Source of the DNA: an uncultured Erysipelotrichaceae bacterium
GTDB taxonomy: Bacteria > Bacillota_I > Bacilli_A > RFN20 > CAG-826
Assembly (NCBI GenBank): GCA_902802905.1
Contig: CADCNT010000004.1
Coordinates: forward strand, 13,073-77,072
Reading direction: 5' to 3'
Length of the DNA: 64,000 bases
The notes under the pieces were generated by a model. It saw only the letters and a program-made list of their open reading frames with translations. It was not told where the DNA came from and ran no database searches. This document shows positions 55,346 to 64,000 of this stretch, in pieces (positions within the stretch are counted from its first letter, which is position 1; every line of letters starts with the position of its first letter). The translations under genes and the position numbers were made by a program.

Positions 55346-57268
55346 TTACTTAATATTTGTATCTCTTACTTCAAAGTTCTTTTGTGCTTCCACTAATCTG
55401 TCTTGATTAGACAAGATATAAGCCGATCCCTTACTTCTAGTAATCGCTGTGTAGACAATTTGTTTTGTGAGCAATGGATGGCCTTCGGCAGTTGGAAGAA
55501 TAATTAAAATGTTATTAAAGTCTGATCCTTGTGACTTATGAATAGTAATCGCATACGCTAAATCAAAATCTGTTTCAGATATCATTCTTAACGGATAGAA
55601 CATATAAGTATGATTGTTCACAATAAGGGAGAAGATTTCATCTTTTTTCTTGCCGCTTATTGCTATATCCTTAGATGTTTTCTCATACATAAAGTACAAA
55701 GTTTCATCATCTTTGAATGTGACTAAGATGCCAGTGTTGCCATTATATAATCCAAGCTCTTTGTTGTTCTTGTTTATAATTACTAACTCACCTGGATAAT
55801 ATCCTCTAATAGAAGATAATTGACTCTTATCAATAAACTTATTTCTGATCAAGTTGTTAATCTGTTTAGTGCCCCTGATTCCTTCATTAACCGCACAGAG
55901 AACCGTTGAATTGCTCACAGCGGCATAAATATCAGGCAACTCGCTTTCATCGTCTATATCGGTACATTTGGCTTGTAAATCTTTATAGAATTTTTCTCCC
56001 CATTTAAGAACGATGGAGGAGATGATTTCTTTTTCAATAGCAGCCTCATCAGGATTTTGATAGAAGTACACCGGTTTATCTTTACTGTCTTTAGGCAAAT
56101 CAAATATTTCAAAATCTATATATGATTTCCAATTCTTTTGAGTGAGCGGAATATCTCCATTAATTTCGTCTGCAATCTTAAAGACTTCACTATCTTTAGA
56201 GAATCTAACAAATTCGGTTAGTCTCACAACATAATCTTTCTTAAGATAATCCATATCCACGAGGTTAGCAAAAACAGCACCATTTTCTACAGATGGAAGC
56301 TGGTTATAGTCTCCTAATATAAACACTCTAGCTTTATCAGGTATAGCGTCTAATAAAGATGCAAATAAACAAACATCAATCATACTAGCTTCATCAATAA
56401 TGAAGATGGAATTATCCGCGAATTGATAATAATGGTTGCGCGTAAATGCACTGGTGTTCGGATCAATGTGAAGTAATCTATGGATTGTGGATTCTTCAAT
56501 TTCTTCAATCTTATGCTTCACTTCCGGCTTAATCTTTTTGTCATCCACAAACTTAAGTCCCGCAATAACACTTTCCTTAATTCTTCCAGAAGCTTTGCCG
56601 CTTGGAGCAATTAGATATACAAATTGATTAATGTTTCGTTCTAATAAATTGACCAAAAGGAACACTACTGAAGTAGTCTTACCTGTTCCAGGTCCTCCAG
56701 TAATAACTAAGTTACTATTAACTCCTTTTTCAATTGCGCTAATTTGTCCACTTGTTAAAGGTAAGCTTCCACTAGCTAAATAATCTTTATATTTATAGTT
56801 TGTGGTTGGAGTCTTAAATAATCTATGAATAGAGTTAATAATGATATTTTTAGCGTCGTAATACTTCTTGATATAAAGATAGTTATCCTCAGCAAAAAAG
56901 TAACGGTTCTTACCAATAAGTTTAGGTAAATTAGTTCCACTAATTGTATCAATAACTTTATCGATTATCTCATTAGAAATGGTTCTTATATCTTGAATAC
57001 CTTGAACATTTATATCGCTGTTTTCTTTATAAAGAACTTCCTTACCATCTAGTTTCTTTTTCCACTTCTTTTTAAGAGTGTCTTTGTCTAAAGAGATACA
57101 AGTATTTCCATCATCAATAAGGCCAAAGAAAATCGAGAAGAAAATAAGTAGTTCTTCTTTATCGTTTCTTTCATCAATCTCTTTTTCAATAAGTGAAAGT
57201 AGATATTTATTAATTGGTTCAATCAGATTAAAGGAAGACAAGAGTTCAAAGAATTCTAAATGTTTCAT
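55346..57268 (-). CDS. recD: Exodeoxyribonuclease V alpha subunit (SF1 helicase)
   Basis: Motif I VITGGPGTGKTTSV, motif IIDEASMID, and the C-terminal YAITIHKSQGSDF...TAITRSK motif. Confidence 0.8.
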   Translation of the reverse strand: MKHLEFFELLSSFNLIEPINKYLLSLIEKEIDERNDKEELLIFFSIFFGLIDDGNTCISLDKDTLKKKWKKKLDGKEVLYKENSDINVQGIQDIRTISNEIIDKVIDTISGTNLPKLIGKNRYFFAEDNYLYIKKYYDAKNIIINSIHRLFKTPTTNYKYKDYLASGSLPLTSGQISAIEKGVNSNLVITGGPGTGKTTSVVFLLVNLLERNINQFVYLIAPSGKASGRIKESVIAGLKFVDDKKIKPEVKHKIEEIEESTIHRLLHIDPNTSAFTRNHYYQFADNSIFIIDEASMIDVCLFASLLDAIPDKARVFILGDYNQLPSVENGAVFANLVDMDYLKKDYVVRLTEFVRFSKDSEVFKIADEINGDIPLTQKNWKSYIDFEIFDLPKDSKDKPVYFYQNPDEAAIEKEIISSIVLKWGEKFYKDLQAKCTDIDDESELPDIYAAVSNSTVLCAVNEGIRGTKQINNLIRNKFIDKSQLSSIRGYYPGELVIINKNNKELGLYNGNTGILVTFKDDETLYFMYEKTSKDIAISGKKKDEIFSLIVNNHTYMFYPLRMISETDFDLAYAITIHKSQGSDFNNILIILPTAEGHPLLTKQIVYTAITRSKGSAYILSNQDRLVEAQKNFEVRDTNIK

Positions 57269-60200
57269 TTTTTTCTTCCTCCAATACACTTCTTAACAAT
57301 ATTTTCATAGGCTGATTTTAAATCGGCATAGCTATCCCAAGTTTGAGAATAGATTCCGTTAAAAGTATCTATGGTACAGCCTCTTAAATAGACATAGTAA
57401 ATTCCACCAAAGTGTTCGTTAAATATCTTTTCTCTATCCTCGCCATATTTAAGAGTAAGCCATTCAATAAGGAAGTAACAATAAAGCACTCTCTGGATAG
57501 AATATGCGTTGTCCGTATGGGTTTTTAACGAATCTGCTGTTTTATAGTCAGGTAAATCGCGATCATTTATAGTGTCTGATTTCCAGTCGAGAATTGAGTA
57601 ATATTCATCTCTTCTAAACAGCAAATCAATAAAGCCGTTAAAGTAGTTTTTAAGCCTTTCATCATGGAGATTGATATTGAATTCGATTTCAGGTTTCTTT
57701 TCACTATCTTTAATTTCGCTCAATTTAAACCGTTTGCCAGTTTCCTTACTACCATGTATCTCAGGTAGCCAACCATTTAAAACATTGTCCACCATTTTAT
57801 GGATGTATTCTGTAAAATCTGGATCTAGAGGCAACTTATTTGCGTCGAATCTTTCTTCAATAAGTTCATCTAACCCATTCTCGTGGTCAGTAAAATCAGT
57901 CTTTTCGAAGATTTCATGTAGTGCACTACCAACTTCAGAACCCTTAGGGAATCTATTAGGAATTGCGATTGGATCAACATTTGAATAGTTAACAGGAATT
58001 TGTTTTCCTGCTCTATCGTATTCGGCAAGACCTTCATTTTCTTGACCTTCTTTATCAAATACAGTGCCTTCATCTTCATCATATTCATCAGAATCATCTT
58101 TCTTTGGGTGTGACAAATTAGAGTATGAACGTTTATGTGATTCTTTTTTCTTTTTGTCTTTAATTAAACTCATTAAAGCACTATCCTGGTCGTCTCTTCC
58201 TTTAATGTCTGGAGTTTCAGTAGGCAAAATAGTCTTAATGATTGTGCTGAGTTCATCATAATTCTTGTTATTGTCTTTAATTGCCCAATATCCTTGAGGA
58301 TATTTACTAACATAGGTTTCAATAAGTTGTTTTACTTTCATAGGTAAAGCAGAACTATTAGTTTGATATCTCGGAAGCATCATTATGTATTGCGCTCTTG
58401 TATAGCCAACATATAAAAGTCTTAGAGATTCATCATCTCTTTCAAGTTCAAAATCACTATTAGACTCAAAAGATATTGTTTGAAGATTATTGTTATCTTT
58501 ATCGTGGAAAATATAATTCTCTTGGCTGGTCATGTAACCTTTTAAGCCAGTAACCGAAATCACAACTGGGAATTGTAATCCTTTAGATGCATGCATAGTC
58601 ATGATTTGTACGCAGTCAAAATCAATGCCCTTTTGCACAATTGACTCATCCTCAGAACTGTCGTCATTACTACCACCTTTTGATAGGTTGATTAAGTTAT
58701 CGATTAAGGCATCTAAAGAGTGGGTTTTTGTAAGAAAATCTGAACAATAATCCCCGATTTGACGGTATTTATTCAATTTTTGGATGTTATTTAGGCTAGA
58801 CATTCTTTCAACAATTCCAGACCTAATTAGAATGTCATCAATTAAAGAATCATAGTTACCTTTAGAGATAATTCCTCGCCAAATATGGAAATAATCTACC
58901 TCTGGAATTTGGTCCGAATTGTACTTTTTCTTATTGATTTCACCTAATGACAGACCAAAGAAATCTGTAAATAATGCTCGCTTAAAAACTTTACGTCTTG
59001 AACCTGTAAAGTCAGGGACGTTTATTGCTTGAAGTAAGGCAATCCAGTGGAAGCATTCGGAATCTTTAAATAATCCATTGTCTTTATATCTAATAAATGG
59101 GATGCCAGCTTTTGCTAGTGCTTTTTCGATGGCAGGCATTTCTGTTCTTGTTTTAGCTAAAACAGTGAAATCTCTAAAAGTAACGTGTCTAAATTTGTCT
59201 GCACTTTTATCTTTAACCATTAATCTGGTAATAGGCTCATTGTCTTCATCTTTACCAACTATAGTGCAGCATTCCACTATTTTTTGGGTTACGATTTTGG
59301 CGTATTCACTTTTTGATACATTGTCTTTTTCAGTTATCCAGAAGGCTTTAATAGGTTTGCCATCGAAAGTAACATCAAATTCGCTTCTGTCATTATTCTC
59401 TTTAATAGACAAATAATCCGATGGTTCATAGTTTTTAATAAATCCATCACAGGCAAAGAAATCATTACAGGATGAAACAATACCCTTTGTAGAACGATAG
59501 TTTTTAGACAAGCGACATTTGATGCCACCTTTAGCGAGAATCTCGTTAACTGCTTTTTTGTATACAAATACATCGGCACCTTGGAACGAATAGATAGATT
59601 GCTTTGGATCGCCAACAACAATGATGTTGTGTCCTTCACACAAAAACACTCTAGAGAATATATCAAATTGTTTTTGATTGGTGTCTTGGAACTCATCTAT
59701 GATTGCGTACCTGAATTGTTTTCTTAGACACTCTAAAAGCTTGGAATCTTTTTCAAGAACACGTTCTCTAACGATATTAATCATGTCATCGAATGTTTGA
59801 TAATTGTTCTTTTCCTTTTCCTTTTTCCATGACATGTAGAAATCTTTAAGATAAATAGAAATAATAGATTCGGCAAATTTAGATTTTGCTATTGTATCTC
59901 TTTTAGTTCTAAAGAATGCAATTGCATTTTTTTCCTTGTCGAGCATATTCTTCGTTGCTTGATATTTTTTGGCATCATAAGAAAATGTTTTATAGTTAGA
60001 TTTAAGGATTGCAGCAAGTTCTTTGCATTTAGTTTCATTGCTTTTCTTTAGAACCTCTAGTTGTTTTTCAATTTCTGGATCTAGAGCATATACTTCATCA
60101 ATACTTTTAGCGTTGATATAGGCAAATCCTTCAATAGGTTTAAAAGTTACGATTGTATTGTCTTCTTGTCCATCTGGTTTCAAGTAGTATGCAATACATG

Positions 60201-60678
60201 TCTTAACTAGTTTATTGATAAATGTTTCTTCAGAGAAGCTTGTTTTCTTTTCTTTAACTAAGTAAGCAATATAAGTTGTTAAATCAGAGAGAATCTTTCC
60301 TTGTCTTATGTAAGATTTAGCAAATTCTATTAGTTTAGATTCATCAACTAAAGAGAGAATAGAAGGCTGTCTCACAGCGAAAGGATATTGTTCTATTGTG
60401 GTTTTACAAAATGAATGGAAAGTGGAAATAGGAGCATTATCTGTATTCGCATTTTTGATTATGGAACGAATACGATCTTTTAATTCTCCAGCCGCTTTTT
60501 CGGTATATGTTAAAATCAAGATTTGATTTAAATCTAAAGATTTATCCTCATCCAAAAGTTTCTTTACCATTTGGACAATGTTGTATGTCTTTCCAGTACC
60601 AGCGGAAGCTTCTATGACATAGTTCTGCCTTAATTGGAAATCTTCAATTTTGAAATTCTTTGTCACATTATTCGCCAT
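57265..60678 (-). CDS. recB: Exodeoxyribonuclease V beta subunit: a UvrD-like helicase plus a C-terminal RecB nuclease
   Basis: Motif I IEASAGTGKTY. The C-terminal nuclease motif is GFIDLLFRRDEYYSILDWKSD. The likely start is MANNVT at 60678. Confidence 0.8.
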   Translation of the reverse strand: MANNVTKNFKIEDFQLRQNYVIEASAGTGKTYNIVQMVKKLLDEDKSLDLNQILILTYTEKAAGELKDRIRSIIKNANTDNAPISTFHSFCKTTIEQYPFAVRQPSILSLVDESKLIEFAKSYIRQGKILSDLTTYIAYLVKEKKTSFSEETFINKLVKTCIAYYLKPDGQEDNTIVTFKPIEGFAYINAKSIDEVYALDPEIEKQLEVLKKSNETKCKELAAILKSNYKTFSYDAKKYQATKNMLDKEKNAIAFFRTKRDTIAKSKFAESIISIYLKDFYMSWKKEKEKNNYQTFDDMINIVRERVLEKDSKLLECLRKQFRYAIIDEFQDTNQKQFDIFSRVFLCEGHNIIVVGDPKQSIYSFQGADVFVYKKAVNEILAKGGIKCRLSKNYRSTKGIVSSCNDFFACDGFIKNYEPSDYLSIKENNDRSEFDVTFDGKPIKAFWITEKDNVSKSEYAKIVTQKIVECCTIVGKDEDNEPITRLMVKDKSADKFRHVTFRDFTVLAKTRTEMPAIEKALAKAGIPFIRYKDNGLFKDSECFHWIALLQAINVPDFTGSRRKVFKRALFTDFFGLSLGEINKKKYNSDQIPEVDYFHIWRGIISKGNYDSLIDDILIRSGIVERMSSLNNIQKLNKYRQIGDYCSDFLTKTHSLDALIDNLINLSKGGSNDDSSEDESIVQKGIDFDCVQIMTMHASKGLQFPVVISVTGLKGYMTSQENYIFHDKDNNNLQTISFESNSDFELERDDESLRLLYVGYTRAQYIMMLPRYQTNSSALPMKVKQLIETYVSKYPQGYWAIKDNNKNYDELSTIIKTILPTETPDIKGRDDQDSALMSLIKDKKKKESHKRSYSNLSHPKKDDSDEYDEDEGTVFDKEGQENEGLAEYDRAGKQIPVNYSNVDPIAIPNRFPKGSEVGSALHEIFEKTDFTDHENGLDELIEERFDANKLPLDPDFTEYIHKMVDNVLNGWLPEIHGSKETGKRFKLSEIKDSEKKPEIEFNINLHDERLKNYFNGFIDLLFRRDEYYSILDWKSDTINDRDLPDYKTADSLKTHTDNAYSIQRVLYCYFLIEWLTLKYGEDREKIFNEHFGGIYYVYLRGCTIDTFNGIYSQTWDSYADLKSAYENIVKKCIGGRKK

Positions 60679-63631
60679 TTCCGTTTTCCTCTGGTGCGTC
60701 TTCTTCTGGTTGTCGTTCACCAACATGTTTCGTTAAAGAACCAATCCTATTAATAGTGTCATAGAAATCTGTCTCAACGTAGTTATTGGCGTCAAATCCA
60801 ATCTCAGATTCTAAATCAAATAATTTAAGATAAGCGAAAGTTCTCCATGGACCATTTTTATCATCGGCGACATAGTCCATTAAATCTGCGAATGTTTTAA
60901 TTTTATTTTTCTCAAATTGGATAGGAGAAAAGAAATTATCCTGGAAATTATTTATCATCTTATATAACACGTTGAGAATATACTTTGCGTCAGCACTATT
61001 GAGATCAAAATCCTTAACTTTTTTACCAGTAATAAAAATCTCATAATCGGTATTGTCGTCTAGATAGGCAATATCCATAAGAGCATATACATATCGATTA
61101 ATCGTTTTAGAAAGCTCACTGCCAACATCTTTTAATTCAAAATAATTAATTACATTACCAACTTGTTTTCTAAGGAATTGCGAACTACAAGTTAAAGTCC
61201 ATTCCTTTCCTTCACAATTCATCAATAAATCAGGTAGACGAACTAAAGAGAACGAATTAGGGTCTTCTTCAATACCATATTTTTTAATAACTTTATCAAC
61301 TATTCCGCAATGTAACTCGTATGTGAAATCTAATATTTCATCATTAAGTGACGGGAGTTTATTTTCAAGGATTAATCTTTCTTTATATTTATCTAGGTCT
61401 AGCTTAACACTTGGATCGTCGAGAATATCCTTTATTTTTCTTTCTACAATATCATGGACAACAAAATATGACTCAAGATAATCTAGAGCAAAGTTTTCAA
61501 ACTCTTCGTGGTTCTTCTTTACGGTTTCATCAGCCTCACCAAATAAATAATTTGCCTTTGCGGATAAAGGTTCTTGAATAAATTTTGAAATATCACTTGT
61601 AGATAACTTGGTTCTAACTTCTTGAATTTCACCATCTGGATTTGCGATTGATGAACTAGTTTGAACCGCTTGAGGTGTTTTGATACTTAGTAATCCTTCA
61701 CGATAATCTTTTTTGTTATATTCACCGCGGCTATATAACTCTTCCCAAGGTCGAGTTTCATCAATTTTAAATCTATCATAGTTCTCCACTATTTTTGTGA
61801 TTTCTTCGTCATATTTTTCAGGGCTTAAATTATTAACGTTAGGATTTTTCTTTCTAATTATTTCAGTTCTAATTTCTTTAGAATAAGTAGATTCAAATAG
61901 CTCAGCGTCTTTCTTTAAATCTGAATGAATAAAAGAGAAAAATACTTGAGCTCCGTTTTGATATTGATATAAAAACGCTTGTTTTTCTTTTTCGTTCATA
62001 TCAAATTCAGGCCTTAAATCCAGCTCTGATTTTATCTTCTTGGTAGGTAAAGCATTTGAGCCACAGTTAATGAAGAATACATACTTTTGAGCGTAAGCAA
62101 CATCCTCATTAAACTCCACAAAAGTTACACCTGTGGTAAATGGCTCACGATATGAAATTGAGTTCATTTTTGAGGCATCTAAAAGTAAGAACAACAATGT
62201 GTTAAGAGGTGCCACTATTTCTTTATCAATCCAATATGAAATTAGGTCATCGACCTTCTTATATCTTTTGTCGATATTTTTTAGTTCAGGATGGCAGAAC
62301 CATTTTTTAAGTTCAGCTTTTAACTTTTCTAAAGAAGTTTTATCGGTGAATGAAACTTTCGAGAATAAATCAAACCAGGATCTAAAATCATCAATCAAAG
62401 AAACTAGTTTAATAATAGATTCATTGTCTAAACCAATAGACGAATATGGGATAGTGTCCTCCCCATTCATCACCACTAAGTTATCATCAAAACTAACATC
62501 AGAAATTTTAGAGAGTAAAACACGTTTTCTTATGTAGTCCCAGTCATCATTATCAGAAGCATCTCCGCGATAAACATTTAAAGTGTAGATACAGTCCATC
62601 CACTTCTCTATTTGTTCATCTTCAATACCTCTAACGGATTTAACTAGTTTATTGCCAATTAAGGAGAAGAAATCTAGCCGAGTAAAGAAGCCTTTGTTAA
62701 TGATTTCCACCATTAGTTTCAAGGCTAATGTGAGGTCACTATCATCACTCTTGCTTCCCGAAATTGAATAAGGTATGTATGGGAAATTAACATCATCTTG
62801 GTTAAATGTTTTCTTGATAATGTTTTCATATCCACTCATCCCACTACCAACAACCAAGAAATCAGTTGGCTTATTGTTTTTATCTTTTAATAGTTTACAA
62901 ATCTTAGAGTGCACTACTTCGATTTCTTTGCTAATAGAAGGAGAGGAAGTAATCTCATATTTGTCGTGTAAAGATTTTGTTAATTCAGGTTGATACAAAA
63001 CAACATTGTCACATTTTGAAAGGATATTATTATGTAACTTATCTAAAGATAAAAATCCAAACAAATAGACTTTCTCATCTTGTTTTTTAATTGGAGTTTC
63101 ATCTTTAAATAACTTACTGAGGGTAGTAAATTTATTATTTTCTAATTCAACAAGTAAGGAGTCATATAATTCCTTTTCCCAACCAGTAAATTTAGAATCT
63201 GAAACGAACTCTTCTTTTTCGTAATCAGCAAATAAAGATGTTAGGGTACTTGCTAACTCATAGAGTTTAGTAGCGTTTATTACCCTTGTTCCATTCACAT
63301 CATCAAATAGATAATCTCTAATATCTTTGAATGTATGATCATAATCTTTTGAACTAAGTAGTTTGATGAGCAAATTCTTAATATCTGAAGAACCTGCCAG
63401 TTGTAAATCAGTATCAAAAATAGAGAAAAGATATTCATCAATGTTAGCAAAGTTAACATTCATCAAAATCTCTTTTCTATTATTAAGCCAATAGCCTTTA
63501 AACCATTGTCTAACATTACGGTTAGGACATACTATAGTGGTATAGGAAAAGAAATCATCATGATTAGCAAGTAACTCGCTTATCAAATGATCAGCTAATT
63601 CATTTAAATGGTTATTTGAAATTAATTTCAT
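60668..63631 (-). CDS. recC: Exodeoxyribonuclease V gamma subunit
   Basis: It has no Walker A. The N-terminus MKLISNNHLNELADHLISELLA...TIVCPNRNVRQWF parallels E. coli RecC (MLRVYHSNRLDVLEALMEFIVE...ILVQSTGMAQWL). It is 987 aa long and lies upstream of recB-recD. Confidence 0.7.
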   Translation of the reverse strand: MKLISNNHLNELADHLISELLANHDDFFSYTTIVCPNRNVRQWFKGYWLNNRKEILMNVNFANIDEYLFSIFDTDLQLAGSSDIKNLLIKLLSSKDYDHTFKDIRDYLFDDVNGTRVINATKLYELASTLTSLFADYEKEEFVSDSKFTGWEKELYDSLLVELENNKFTTLSKLFKDETPIKKQDEKVYLFGFLSLDKLHNNILSKCDNVVLYQPELTKSLHDKYEITSSPSISKEIEVVHSKICKLLKDKNNKPTDFLVVGSGMSGYENIIKKTFNQDDVNFPYIPYSISGSKSDDSDLTLALKLMVEIINKGFFTRLDFFSLIGNKLVKSVRGIEDEQIEKWMDCIYTLNVYRGDASDNDDWDYIRKRVLLSKISDVSFDDNLVVMNGEDTIPYSSIGLDNESIIKLVSLIDDFRSWFDLFSKVSFTDKTSLEKLKAELKKWFCHPELKNIDKRYKKVDDLISYWIDKEIVAPLNTLLFLLLDASKMNSISYREPFTTGVTFVEFNEDVAYAQKYVFFINCGSNALPTKKIKSELDLRPEFDMNEKEKQAFLYQYQNGAQVFFSFIHSDLKKDAELFESTYSKEIRTEIIRKKNPNVNNLSPEKYDEEITKIVENYDRFKIDETRPWEELYSRGEYNKKDYREGLLSIKTPQAVQTSSSIANPDGEIQEVRTKLSTSDISKFIQEPLSAKANYLFGEADETVKKNHEEFENFALDYLESYFVVHDIVERKIKDILDDPSVKLDLDKYKERLILENKLPSLNDEILDFTYELHCGIVDKVIKKYGIEEDPNSFSLVRLPDLLMNCEGKEWTLTCSSQFLRKQVGNVINYFELKDVGSELSKTINRYVYALMDIAYLDDNTDYEIFITGKKVKDFDLNSADAKYILNVLYKMINNFQDNFFSPIQFEKNKIKTFADLMDYVADDKNGPWRTFAYLKLFDLESEIGFDANNYVETDFYDTINRIGSLTKHVGERQPEEDAPEENGNGE

Positions 63632-63633
63632 TT

Positions 63634-64000
63634 TTATAATTTGACAGCGATAATTGGGATAACACCAACTCTTTCATCGGTAACTTTTCTACTATATTCA
63701 CCATAAGAAGTAATGCTATAAACACGGGCACATTCTAGCCCAGATAAAAGTGCGTCATCAGTGCTCCAATAAAAGCTTTCTAAATCAGCACCTCTAGCAA
63801 GAACATAGTCTGACAGATGACCTATATATGAGAATCTATAACCAGTGAATTCATTAAGATGTGCACATTTACTATAAACATAGGATGGAAGCAAAAATAC
63901 TTTGTCAGAATCTAATTCAGAGAAATGAGAATAAGCCTCGGACATACAATCTTTAATATCTGAAGCTGAAAGCAAGGCACTAGTATCAGAGAAAAATGCT
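63634..64000 (-). CDS. Hypothetical protein, partial (N-terminus beyond the window end)
   Basis: The ORF ends at 63634 and is open to the window edge. Confidence 0.4.
   Translation of the reverse strand, partial: AFFSDTSALLSASDIKDCMSEAYSHFSELDSDKVFLLPSYVYSKCAHLNEFTGYRFSYIGHLSDYVLARGADLESFYWSTDDALLSGLECARVYSITSYGEYSRKVTDERVGVIPIIAVKL

Noticed and set aside
1-64000. Possibility of Mollicutes translation code (TGA = Trp) given the low GC.
   Set aside because: The long ORFs are intact under the standard code and encode Trp with TGG in conserved positions, for example NPPW and WYKDAIIYQ. TGA terminates several genes.

Overview
This is a gene-dense, AT-rich window (about 30% GC by eye) read with the standard genetic code. 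TGA is used as a stop, and the long ORFs contain TGG Trp, so this is not Mollicutes code 4. Almost all long genes lie on the minus strand.

- 1-11576 (-): a class 1 DISARM-like restriction-modification operon. It contains an SNF2 helicase (DrmD-like), a 1591-aa N6-adenine methyltransferase (DrmMI-like), and a DExH helicase with Cys4 clusters that is longer than 1300 aa (DrmA-like). The helicase runs off the window start.
- 11668-20325: a phage satellite that resembles a phage-inducible chromosomal island (PICI). It has a large serine recombinase, a small ORF, a cI-like and a Cro-like repressor transcribed divergently, unknown genes, a VirE/primase gene, an HTH protein and a P27-family small terminase subunit. 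It also has a GC-richer noncoding region with iterons that looks like a replication origin, and it has no capsid, tail or large-terminase genes.
- 20323-30674 (-): directly beside the integrase is a tightly coupled operon that I cannot assign to any named system. It encodes a 1503-aa Upf1-like SF1 helicase with a roughly 500-aa coiled-coil insert, a 714-aa protein with a C-terminal HEPN motif (RENRNAFIH), a 360-aa coiled-coil protein, and a 607-aa protein with a novel N-domain fused to a Clp/ClpB D2-type AAA+ module. The last gene is a 185-aa NrdG-type radical-SAM activase with no NrdD partner, and a 59-aa membrane peptide may be co-transcribed. This is the main candidate novel defence or RNA-surveillance system.
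- Upstream of that operon are a separately terminated HTH gene plus a 320-aa unknown, and a DUF4143 AAA ATPase preceded by a triple repeat.
- The rest of the window is apparently chromosomal backbone:
  - surface and membrane proteins, including BspA-type LRR proteins and an S41 peptidase lipoprotein;
  - a GH13 alpha-glucosidase plus a GPH sugar symporter in an odd operon with an HNH nuclease and small unknown genes;
  - a DUF2804 gene;
  - a c-di-GMP-I (GEMM) riboswitch ahead of a GGDEF diguanylate cyclase;
  - a recC-recB-recD operon followed by two unknown genes.

No rRNA, tRNA, CRISPR array or transposase was found.
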